Positions 11,201 to 18,782 of a stretch of DNA of 64,000 bases are shown in pieces. The notes beneath the pieces are model-generated. The model ran no database searches. It was not told where the DNA came from and saw only the letters and a list, made by a program, of their open reading frames with translations. Position numbers and translations under genes: made by a program. This stretch comes from an uncultured Candidatus Binatia bacterium (GTDB lineage Bacteria; Desulfobacterota; Binatia; Bin18), in assembly GCA_965200965.1 (NCBI GenBank), contig OZ241744.1:1888001-1952000 (forward strand). Reading direction: 5' to 3'. Position 1 is the stretch's first letter. Every line of letters begins with the position of its first letter.

Positions 11201-11487
11201 TTCTCGACCACCGCCTGGGTGGCAATGCCGGCATGATCGGTCCCCGCCATCCACAGCGTGTTGTCGGCCATCATGCGGTGCCAGCGGGTCAGTAGGTCCT
11301 GCATGACATTATCCATGGCATGGCCCATGTGCAGCGCGCCGGTCACATTGGGCAGCGGCATCATGATCGCATAGCGGTGCGGGTTGTCGTCGGGGGTGGC
11401 GGCAAAGGCTTTGGCTTCGGCCCACTGCCGGGATATCTGCCGCTCAAGGCCGGACGGATCGTATTGGGGCGCAAGTTCCTGGGGCAT
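8206..11487 (-). CDS. valS: Valine--tRNA ligase, long form with insertions
   Basis: PNVTGALHMGHA (HIGH), DWCISRQLWWGHRIP, DVLDTWFSS, RMSKSKGN, C-terminal coiled coil. Confidence 0.96.
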   Translation of the reverse strand: MPQELAPQYDPSGLERQISRQWAEAKAFAATPDDNPHRYAIMMPLPNVTGALHMGHAMDNVMQDLLTRWHRMMADNTLWMAGTDHAGIATQAVVEKRLLELEGKTRHDIGREALVARIWDWKEQYQARIVAQQQAMGCSCDWDRQRFTMDPVCARAVSWTFFRLFQDGLIFRGTRLVNWDCHLQTAVADDEIVYETVQGHFWHLRYSIIDPRPGEPEHLVVATTRPETMLGDTAVACHPDPRGALDRHIARTQARLAAAGHKERAELETELARLVHHRQIHLPLLERLTVMAEAGRMVCLPLLDRPIPLLCDEWAKPELGSGCVKITPAHDPNDYEVWTRHSETIGLINILNPDGSLNDKTGPYQGLDRFAARDRIVADLEAQGLLERVEDRATEIGHSDRSKTPIEPYLSEQWFVRTGDIEGGVVCGRGTDKAFTAPGLAQAAIDAAQVSPATWRSPSGRRVSFHPDARYRTTYLTWLAEKRDWCISRQLWWGHRIPIWTARLSGRTVADSLTWLEAYLGRADLAARLLYADGASELVRPGAARPWAEDEQVQLLVCLREPPGQEALVQELEAAGFTRDPDVLDTWFSSGLWPHSTLGWPDPDTAAVEPGQTPLGQRDGGADCLSFYYPGSCLVTGRDIITLWVARMVIMGLYNLGDVPFTDVFIHATILDGKGERMSKSKGNGIDPVDIIDRYGCDAMRYVLCEMQTGSQDIRLPVQALSPYTGKPVDLAKARHGRTIFTYLCPETGKEFDVLGTMPDIPAAKLFSERFEVGRNFCNKVWNATRFALLNLEGAAFRPLGGADLALEDRWILSRLSQVTAEVQAQLGAYNPAAAITAAREFFWSELCDWYVEMIKLRLRRAGEADTARQVLAFALDQVLRLLHPFIPFVTEFLWQRLNEQTLHRGIDRALPPPRLLARAAWPRVRQDWRDERLEGEFDFLREAVRAVRDIRSQYTVAPRQTLTVRIKVNAADTAPARILRAGAAHLRSLAGVESLQIGPDVERTPDAASAVLGEVEVYVPGVVDVEKERARLAGQIRKLSATLEGTRKKLANEKFVSRAKPEVVAKERVRLADMESQLASLNANLNALGEHA

Positions 11488-11515
11488 GGTGGAGCCTCCT
11501 CGGGGAAGCATACAC

Positions 11516-11550
11516 AAAAAAAGGGCCTGTCTCGATACGAGAGTGGCCCC
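11516..11550 (-). terminator. Intrinsic terminator after tRNA-Leu
   Basis: Minus strand GGGCCACTCTCG-TAT-CGAGACAGGCCC followed by T7. Confidence 0.65.
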
Positions 11551-11558
11551 ATATAATA

Positions 11559-11642
11559 TGCGAAAGGGGGGACTTGAACCCCCACGGGTTTTACCCCACA
11601 GGATCCTGAATCCTGCGCGTCTACCAGTTCCGCCACTTTCGC
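11559..11642 (-). tRNA. tRNA-Leu(CAG)
   Basis: GCGAAAG/CTTTCGC acceptor stem, CAGGA-TTCAGGA-TCCTG anticodon arm, long variable arm, GGTTCAAGTCC T-loop; CCA not encoded. Confidence 0.97.
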
Positions 11643-11822
11643 CCGGTAGCAGGATGTCTTAGCCGACAGCACTTCTGTGTGTCAATCCCACAGGGCGTCA
11701 CCCGCAAAGGTTGAAGCCAGCCCTCTTTCCCTGCAGAGTGGCAGGACCCAGCCCGAACCCTGCTGATATACAGAGAATAGGCTGAGCGTGAGAGACGCTA
11801 AGTAGGCCGGACAGATACTCCT

Positions 11823-12486
11823 GTGATGACCCGTCTCCGCAGGTGCGTTCAGATATGCGCTTTGGTGAGCGTCCCACTGCTGCTTGGTGCATTTCTGGTG
11901 AGCTGCCACATGTATAGAGACTGGACTCTGAGCCTAACCTCGGAAGATCGTCTGATTGAACAGTCAACAGCGATCTGTCTATTCATCGTCAGCATTGTGG
12001 CCTTTGTCTTCGCCCGACATATTCGGCAACGCAGCCGGACTCATTATCTATTTTTCCTGGCCTTTGGCGCAGCATTTGCCTTGTTTGGACTTGAGGAAAT
12101 CAGCTGGGGACAGCGAATTATGGACATTGATACACCAGAGTTCTTTCTACGCAACAGCGATCAGTCAGAAATCAATATCCATAACGTTCTACAGCAACAG
12201 TCCGGTGTTCCAACAAGACATGTGGCCACCTGGTGTCTGTTGGTGTACGGCGTGTGTTTGCCGCTGATCGCATTCATAAGGCGGGGGAGGGGGGGAGGAG
12301 GTCTTCACCCGCCCATGTTTCGTGCCTCCTGTCATCCTCGTTGGTGATTTTCTGATTGCGTGCTGTTTCCTGTATTTCGATAGACCCGCCGGGCGAGGCG
12401 AGGAACTCGGCGAGTTCTTCGCCAGCCTGTGTTTCCTGTTCTTTCTCGTCGTGGAATGGCTCAAACACAAGGAGTCTCAGCCATAA
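11823..12486 (+). pseudogene. Multi-pass membrane protein split by a frameshift near a G-rich tract
   Basis: ORF 11823-12347 has EEISWGQR...NIHN and TM helices; a hydrophobic continuation (FVPPVILVGDFLIACCFLYFDRPAGRGEELGEFF...) lies in the +1 frame to TAA 12486. Confidence 0.6.
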
Positions 12487-12499
12487 TTCTGCGTAGCAA

Positions 12500-13651
12500 T
12501 TAAGCGCGCACCCCGATCGCGCCGCTGCTGCGCAGCCGCTCCAGATCCGCAGTCTCAAAACCCCAGTCGATCAAGGCTTCTTCGGTATGCTCGCCAGGGC
12601 TGGCCGGCGGCCGCTGTATGACGCTCGGCGTACGGCTGAAACGGGGTGCCGGGGCGGGTTGCGGCACCCCGTCAATCTCCACAAATGTCTCTCGCGCCCT
12701 GTTATGCGGATGCTGCGGGGCTTCTTCCATGCTCAGCACGGGCGCATAACACACATCGCTGCCCTCCAGGAGTTGGTCCCACTCGTCCCGCGTCTTACTC
12801 TTGAAGATGGCCGCCAAGCGGTCTTTGAAGGCCGGCCAGGCGGTCTGATCGTTCTGGCGCGGCAACTCCTGGTCCTCCAGGCCGGTCAACCGCAGGAGCT
12901 CGGCGTAAAACTTGGGCTCAATCGACCCGATACCGATGTATTTGCTGTCACTGGTCTCGTACACATTGTAGTAGTGTGCCCCGGTGTCGAGGATGTTATC
13001 CCCCCGCTCATCGGTCCAGCGGCCGGCCGCCCGAAGCCCGAAGATCGCCGTCATCAACGACGCCGCGCCGTCGATCATGGCCACGTCAATGACTTGGCCT
13101 TTGCCCGACTTGTGGGCTTCCAGCAGCGCCCCGACCACGCCAAGGGCCAGATATACCCCGCCCCCGCCAAAGTCGCCAACCAAGTTCAGCGGGGGAAGCG
13201 GTGCTTCGCCCTTGCGGCCAATTGAGTGCAGGGCACCGACCAGAGAGATGTAGTTGATATCGTGGCCCACCGCGGACGCCAGCGGCCCGTCCTGACCCCA
13301 GCCGGTCATGCGTCCATAGACGAGATGCTCGTTGCGGGTCATACACACATCCGGTCCAAGCCCCAAGCGTTCCATCACCCCGGGCCGGAAGCCTTCGATC
13401 AGCGCGTGCGCCTGTTCAATCAGCCTGAGGGCGACCTCGGTGCCGGCCTGTTTTTTCAGATCGAGCGCCACCGAGCGGCGGCCGCGGCCGAGCAGATTAA
13501 ACTTCGCGTCGGTCGGGATTCCCAGGCTGGCCTCCTCAGCCCGGTCAATCCGCAGGACCTCAGCACCCATATCTGAGAGCAACATCGCGCACATCGGAGC
13601 AGGACCGATGCCCGCAAACTCAACGACCTTATACCCGGATAAAACGCCCAT
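12500..13651 (-). CDS. CaiB/BaiF CoA-transferase family III, alpha-methylacyl-CoA racemase-like
   Basis: GIGPAP, EGFRPGVMERLGLG, GHDINY, NLVGDFGGG motifs typical of AMACR/Mcr. Confidence 0.9.
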   Translation of the reverse strand: MGVLSGYKVVEFAGIGPAPMCAMLLSDMGAEVLRIDRAEEASLGIPTDAKFNLLGRGRRSVALDLKKQAGTEVALRLIEQAHALIEGFRPGVMERLGLGPDVCMTRNEHLVYGRMTGWGQDGPLASAVGHDINYISLVGALHSIGRKGEAPLPPLNLVGDFGGGGVYLALGVVGALLEAHKSGKGQVIDVAMIDGAASLMTAIFGLRAAGRWTDERGDNILDTGAHYYNVYETSDSKYIGIGSIEPKFYAELLRLTGLEDQELPRQNDQTAWPAFKDRLAAIFKSKTRDEWDQLLEGSDVCYAPVLSMEEAPQHPHNRARETFVEIDGVPQPAPAPRFSRTPSVIQRPPASPGEHTEEALIDWGFETADLERLRSSGAIGVRA

Positions 13652-13830
13652 ACTTCTCCCTTCTGCGTCGCAGCCAGCTGGAGCGACGACCTGAAAGACT
13701 ATGCTCCTGTGTCGAGCATATGCAAACCCATCCTAAACCCAAGCCGGCCTGAGGGAAAGTGGCCCGGCCGGTCTGGGTGCTGTCAGCCCCAGGGGAATTG
13801 GGCAAGAGAGTTGGCTATGATGGGGGAGTC

Positions 13831-14562
13831 ATGCAGTACAGAGGCGTTCTCGAATACGACGGCACCAACTATCACGGCTGGCAGCTCCAGGCTAACGCGG
13901 CGACCCTCCAGGGCACACTCGAAGCCGTGTTGGCCCGCCTGTGCAACGAGCCTGTACGCGTTCGGGCGGCCGGCCGAACCGATACCGGCGTACATGCTCT
14001 CGGCCAAGTTGTGGCCTTTCGCACCAGCCGGGCACGCGATCCCCGCCGGCTCCAACACGGCCTGAATGCCCTGCTGCCGGCGGACATGGCCGTGAGGCGG
14101 CTTGAGAGCGCGAGCGAGCCCTTCAACCCCCGCCGCGACGCGCGCAGCCGCAGCTATCGCTACCAGATATGGAATCGGCCCAGCCGCTCGGCCGTGTGGG
14201 CCCGCTATAGCTGGCATGTACCGTTTCCGCTCGACGCTGCCACCATGAATCGGGCGGCCGGCCTGCTGGTTGGCCGACACGACTTCTCGTCTTTTCAGGG
14301 CGCGGACTCAGTTGAGCGAGACCCGGTGCGGACCGTGCTGCGCAGTGCGCTAGGACAAGCCGATACGGCCCTGGTGTACGAGGTTGAGGCGCGCTCTTTT
14401 GTCCGTCACATGGTCCGCAATATCGTTGGCACGCTGTACGATGTCGGACGCGGCCGCCTCAGCGTTGAGGACTTCGCCCGCGTACTCGCCGCCCGGGATC
14501 GGACCCGGGCCGGTCGAACCGCGCCGCCTCAAGGACTGTTTTTGCTCAAGGTGACATATTGA
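13831..14562 (+). CDS. truA: tRNA pseudouridine(38-40) synthase
   Basis: YDGTNYHGWQ, AGRTDTGVHALGQV, FVRHMVRNIVG, TAPPQGLFL. Confidence 0.96.
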   Translation: MQYRGVLEYDGTNYHGWQLQANAATLQGTLEAVLARLCNEPVRVRAAGRTDTGVHALGQVVAFRTSRARDPRRLQHGLNALLPADMAVRRLESASEPFNPRRDARSRSYRYQIWNRPSRSAVWARYSWHVPFPLDAATMNRAAGLLVGRHDFSSFQGADSVERDPVRTVLRSALGQADTALVYEVEARSFVRHMVRNIVGTLYDVGRGRLSVEDFARVLAARDRTRAGRTAPPQGLFLLKVTY

Positions 14563-14588
14563 CACTGATGCTGGCCTGGCGGGATAAT
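14559..14588 (+). promoter_or_regulatory. Putative sigma70 promoter for cupin-isochorismatase
   Basis: TTGACA-N18-GATAAT, 37 bp upstream of ATG 14626. Confidence 0.45.
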
Positions 14589-14625
14589 CGCCCCGGGGCT
14601 GCCAAGTCCCGGAAAGAGCGCGTCT

Positions 14626-14946
14626 ATGGATACTCTCAAACATGTACCGGCCCAGTTCACGTTTGCGGCCGAGAAGATGAAGAAGGTCAACCTGTTTACC
14701 ACCGAGCGGATGTTCTGCGACGTGTATTGTTTTGAACCCGGCCAAGCCCAGACCCCGCATACCCACACCGGCTCGGACAAGGTCTATTATGTGCTTGAAG
14801 GCAACGGCCGGGTTCAGGTTGGCGCGGAAACCAAAGATGTCGGCCCGGGCGATATCACCCTGGCCCCGTCCGGGTCTGAGCACGGCTTCCGCAACCCGGG
14901 GCCGGGTCGGCTGACCGTCCTGGTCTTCATGGCTCCAAAACCCTAG
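14626..14946 (+). CDS. Cupin domain protein
   Basis: PGQAQTPHTH...YYVLEG and PSGSEHGFRN cupin motifs. Confidence 0.88.
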   Translation: MDTLKHVPAQFTFAAEKMKKVNLFTTERMFCDVYCFEPGQAQTPHTHTGSDKVYYVLEGNGRVQVGAETKDVGPGDITLAPSGSEHGFRNPGPGRLTVLVFMAPKP

Positions 14947-15004
14947 GGCAGGGCGGACGCCGACAACCGTGTGGATAAGACATCGGCGGCCGCGGCAACA
15001 CACT

Positions 15005-15637
15005 ATGGCACAAGACAAACACGCCATCTATGAACGCGCCCAACTCGGCCATCCCCTCGGCTACGGCAAAAAACCGGCGCTGCTTGTGGTTGATTTTCAG
15101 TTGGGTTTTACCGCCCCGGAGCAATCGCCGCTGGCCGGCAACCTTGACGCCGAACTCGCGGCCACAAACCGGCTCATCGCGGCCGCCCGAAAAAAAGACG
15201 TGCCGATCATCTTCACCCTTGTCGGCTACGACCCCCACCGGCAGGACGACGCCGGTCTGTGGCCACACAAGGTGCCGTCCCTGCGTTTGCTGACCCTGGG
15301 CGGCAAACTGGTGGAACTTGACCCGCGCCTTGACCGTCAGGACCACGACTTGGTCATCGTCAAAAAGTATGCCTCGGGCTTCTTTGGCACCTGTCTGGCC
15401 TCAACCCTCACCATGAAAGCCGTCGATACCCTGATTGTCGCCGGCTGCACGACAAGCGGCTGTGTCCGGGCAACCGTGATGGATGCCCTGGCGCACGGCT
15501 TTCGCCCAATCGTCCCTGTCGAAGCCGTGGGCGACCGCGCCCAAGAGCCGCACGACGCCAACGTGTTTGACATTGGGGCCAAATACGGCGATGTGGTCCA
15601 CACCGGCGAGGTGATTGACTACCTGGAGCAGATGTAG
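15005..15637 (+). CDS. Isochorismatase-family amidohydrolase (N-carbamoylsarcosine/maleamate amidase-like)
   Basis: VVDFQLGF, KKYASGFFGT, GCTTSGCVRAT (D-K-C triad). Confidence 0.88.
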   Translation: MAQDKHAIYERAQLGHPLGYGKKPALLVVDFQLGFTAPEQSPLAGNLDAELAATNRLIAAARKKDVPIIFTLVGYDPHRQDDAGLWPHKVPSLRLLTLGGKLVELDPRLDRQDHDLVIVKKYASGFFGTCLASTLTMKAVDTLIVAGCTTSGCVRATVMDALAHGFRPIVPVEAVGDRAQEPHDANVFDIGAKYGDVVHTGEVIDYLEQM

Positions 15638-15769
15638 AGCGCGCTTGCCTCGGCTCTGGCCTTTTGCCTTGAGAAGCGGGAGCCCGGCCCGCCGGGGTCT
15701 TTTCTTCCTCCACCGGCTGGGATACAAGGAGCGGCGACCTGCACACCCGAGCAAGAAGGAGACCGAACT

Positions 15770-16369
15770 ATGCGGAGTGCCGCCTGGACCATCGCTTTTA
15801 TCAGTGTTTTGCTCATCGCCTTTCCAGTCTGTTCTGAGGCCGAACCGCCAAGCGGCCCGGTTGTTGTCCTGTCCACCTCAATGGGTGATATCAGGATCGG
15901 CCTGTACGAGAAGGAGGCACCCGAAACGGTCAGAAACTTTCTGGGCTATGTCAACGACGGCTTTTACAACGGCACGATTTTTCACCGGGTGATTGCCGGC
16001 TTCATGATCCAGGCCGGCGGCTTTACCCAAGATATGCAGCAAAAAGAGACAAAGCCGGCGGTCAGCAACGAGGCCGACAACGGGCTCAGAAACGAAAAAG
16101 GAACGGTCGCTATGGCGCGCACCAACGCCATCCATTCGGCCACCTCCCAGTTTTTCATCAACGTCGCAGATAACGCCTTTCTGGACCACCAGGGTCAATC
16201 CAACTTTGGCTATTGCGTGTTCGGCAGGGTGATTGAGGGCCTTGAGGTGGTCGAAAAGATCAAAGGCGTACGGACCGGCCGCCGCGGCATGTACGACGAT
16301 GTGCCCCTCAAGCCGGTGGTGATCCAATCGGCAAGCGTCGAGTCAAGCGCCGGGCCGGCCGACGGCTAG
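15770..16369 (+). CDS. ppiA: Cyclophilin-type peptidyl-prolyl isomerase with signal peptide
   Basis: [28 protein letters not shown]; N-terminal signal peptide. Confidence 0.9.
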   Translation: MRSAAWTIAFISVLLIAFPVCSEAEPPSGPVVVLSTSMGDIRIGLYEKEAPETVRNFLGYVNDGFYNGTIFHRVIAGFMIQAGGFTQDMQQKETKPAVSNEADNGLRNEKGTVAMARTNAIHSATSQFFINVADNAFLDHQGQSNFGYCVFGRVIEGLEVVEKIKGVRTGRRGMYDDVPLKPVVIQSASVESSAGPADG

Positions 16370-16388
16370 CCAGACACAAGGAGGATGT

Positions 16389-16883
16389 GTGGTACTACTA
16401 TCAACCTCAATGGGCGATATCACAATCGAGTTGTACGAAAAAGAAGCCCCCCAGACCGTCAGCAACTTCCTGAGTTATGTTAACGAGGGGTTCTTTGACG
16501 GCACGATTTTTCACCGGGTGATTGCCGGCTTCATGATCCAGGCCGGTGGCTTTACCCCGGATATGCAGCAGAAGAGCACCAAACCGGCGATCAAGAACGA
16601 GGCCGCCAACGGGGTGAAAAACGAACCGGGCACAATCGCCATGGCCCGCACCAATGCGGTCGATTCGGCCACCTCGCAGTTCTTTATCAACGTCAAGGAC
16701 AACACATTTCTGGACCACCAGGGCCAAGCCAACTTTGGCTATTGCGTGTTTGGCAAGGTTGTTGAGGGCTTCAATGTAGTGCATCAGATTGAGGCGGTGG
16801 CCACCGGCCGCAACGGCCCGCACGACGACGTACCCCTCACCCCGGTCGTGATTCACGCGGCCAAAGAGCTTGCGTCCGAATAA
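16389..16883 (+). CDS. ppiB: Cyclophilin-type peptidyl-prolyl isomerase, cytoplasmic
   Basis: Same cyclophilin motifs, no signal peptide; exact start uncertain. Confidence 0.88.
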   Translation: MVLLSTSMGDITIELYEKEAPQTVSNFLSYVNEGFFDGTIFHRVIAGFMIQAGGFTPDMQQKSTKPAIKNEAANGVKNEPGTIAMARTNAVDSATSQFFINVKDNTFLDHQGQANFGYCVFGKVVEGFNVVHQIEAVATGRNGPHDDVPLTPVVIHAAKELASE

Positions 16884-16904
16884 CCCCCCCCCAGGAGAAA
16901 GACC

Positions 16905-17372
16905 ATGCGACACCTAGCGGCCCGCGCAGTTCTTGTCGGCAGCATCATCGCCCTCAGCGCACTCTTGGTCCCGCCGGCCTCGGCCGAGTTTTCGGCGGAG
17001 TTGGAAGAAGCCCTCACAACCAGCAAGTACGCCTACATTGCCAGCGAACGGAAGAGCGGTGCCTTGGGCCGTCCGGCCGAGATCTGGTACATGTATCATG
17101 ATGGAGCGGTGTATGTCGGCACGCCCAAGACGGCCTATCGGGCCAGACGGATAGCGGCCGGCCGCACAAAAGCCCGGGTCGCACTCGGGACGCCCGCCGG
17201 CCCGGCCTTTGATGCGACCGGCTCAATCGTCAAGAATGACACGCTGATCGGGCTCTTGTTTGCACACTTGGCGCGGAAATATCCCTCTGACTGGAAATCG
17301 TATGAAAACGGCTTCCGGTCGGGCTTTCAGGACGGCTCCCGCGTGCTCATCAAGTACACGCCGGCCGACTAG
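16905..17372 (+). CDS. Exported protein, pyridoxamine-5'-phosphate oxidase-like split-barrel (putative)
   Basis: Signal peptide; RKSG...AEIWYM...YVGT...ARRI...LARKYP pattern resembles PPOX/F420-binding folds. Confidence 0.55.
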   Translation: MRHLAARAVLVGSIIALSALLVPPASAEFSAELEEALTTSKYAYIASERKSGALGRPAEIWYMYHDGAVYVGTPKTAYRARRIAAGRTKARVALGTPAGPAFDATGSIVKNDTLIGLLFAHLARKYPSDWKSYENGFRSGFQDGSRVLIKYTPAD

Positions 17373-17375
17373 AAA

Positions 17376-17418
17376 GCCGAAGCCGGCCACAGCCTGGGCG
17401 GGCTCGGCCCTTTTTTTG
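17376..17418 (+). terminator. Intrinsic terminator
   Basis: GC-rich hairpin followed by T-run after stop 17372. Confidence 0.5.
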
Positions 17419-17516
17419 GCCGCTTCAGCGCCTCCGGGGAGCGCGGCCTCGCCGTCCGGGGGCCGAACGTTTCAAGACCGCCGGGGAATGCGCCGTACAC
17501 CTGGAGAGGATCGACT

Positions 17517-18287
17517 GTGGACTGGGCTGCCTTGATCCGATCCACGCTGCGCCTGTATCGCGCCACTGCCCTCGAAACCTGGCAGAACATGCAGCGGGCT
17601 TGGTGGGTGGCCCTGCTGCCCTTCGGGTATCTGCTGATCCTGCTTGTAGTGGCGCAATTCGCCGCCGCGCTGGGCCGTATCGGCAGTTTCATCCTGGGTT
17701 TTGCGCTGGCCATGTGCAGCGGCTCATACTTATACTTCATCTCCGAGGTGGTGCAGGGCAAGCGGGTGCTGCCCCTCGAGTTGGTTGACAGTTGGCGGCC
17801 GTACTGGAGCCCGGTCCTGACCATGCTGTTTTTCGTATTCATCCTGCGCATCGCGCTCGGCGTTCTGGTCGTGCCGAGCCAGTCTTCGCAAACGATTCTG
17901 TCGCTGATCAACCTAGTCCTGCTCATCATTTTGAACCCGCTCCCGGAGATCATCTATCAGGGCCGCAGCGCCGGCTTCGCCATGCTCCAGGAGAGTCTGG
18001 ATTTTCTGTGGGACAACGGGGTGGAGTGGTTTGTGCCGCTGCTCGGTCTGGCGCTGGTGTCCGCGGTCGTCCTGCCGCTGTCGGTCCTGGCCGCTCCGCT
18101 GGAGATTGGGCGTCTGTCTTTTCCAACGCTGCTGGACGACCTGCTGTCTGGCTCCCCCGCGGCGTTGCTGGTGGCCGGCCTGAACGCTGGGCTGCTGTAC
18201 GCGCTGATGGTCTTTCGGGGCCTGCTGTTCCGCAAGCTGTCCGACAACTCCCGACGCCAACGGATGTACCGCGCCCGGCTCGACTAA
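17517..18287 (+). CDS. Conserved hypothetical membrane protein
   Basis: About 6 hydrophobic segments, NPLPEIIYQ and FRGLLF motifs, RBS GGAG upstream. Confidence 0.75.
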   Translation: MDWAALIRSTLRLYRATALETWQNMQRAWWVALLPFGYLLILLVVAQFAAALGRIGSFILGFALAMCSGSYLYFISEVVQGKRVLPLELVDSWRPYWSPVLTMLFFVFILRIALGVLVVPSQSSQTILSLINLVLLIILNPLPEIIYQGRSAGFAMLQESLDFLWDNGVEWFVPLLGLALVSAVVLPLSVLAAPLEIGRLSFPTLLDDLLSGSPAALLVAGLNAGLLYALMVFRGLLFRKLSDNSRRQRMYRARLD

Positions 18288-18325
18288 CTCTCAACATTTG
18301 CCGGTTTTCCGTTCAAAAGGCGGCA

Positions 18326-18736
18326 TCAGCCACCCTTGCGTTCCTCGATGGCCGACTTGAGCGGCTCCACCAGGTCTTCGGGTAAGCCCATCTCCCGCTT
18401 GCCGACCAGAACAGAACTGCCTTTGGGGTCGCTGAAAAATACGCCGCTCATTTCGGACCCCCCGCCAATCAGCCGACTGGTTCCCAGCCGGAAATATTTG
18501 CCACGCAGTCCGGTGAGATCATACTGATTGCCAACGCTTTTGACCTCCCAGCCGTGTTCCGGGGCCAGCCCGGTCAGAATATCTATCGCCTCCTCGGGGG
18601 AGACATGCAGGTAGAGCCGCTTCCCCTCTCCCCCGTCTTCGGAGTCGGAGCGGAAACCCGGGATTGAGCTACAGCCCAGCCCGACAAGCAGCCAGCCCAC
18701 CGCCAGCCAGCCCGCCAGCCGCTGTTGTGTCCGCAT
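18326..18736 (-). CDS. Hypothetical lipoprotein
   Basis: Lipobox-like VGLGC after hydrophobic stretch; GAGGA RBS. Confidence 0.65.
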   Translation of the reverse strand: MRTQQRLAGWLAVGWLLVGLGCSSIPGFRSDSEDGGEGKRLYLHVSPEEAIDILTGLAPEHGWEVKSVGNQYDLTGLRGKYFRLGTSRLIGGGSEMSGVFFSDPKGSSVLVGKREMGLPEDLVEPLKSAIEERKGG

Positions 18737-18782
18737 GTGTTCGCGTCCTCGCCTCTTTTCTGGTACAGTAGGATAATAGGAA

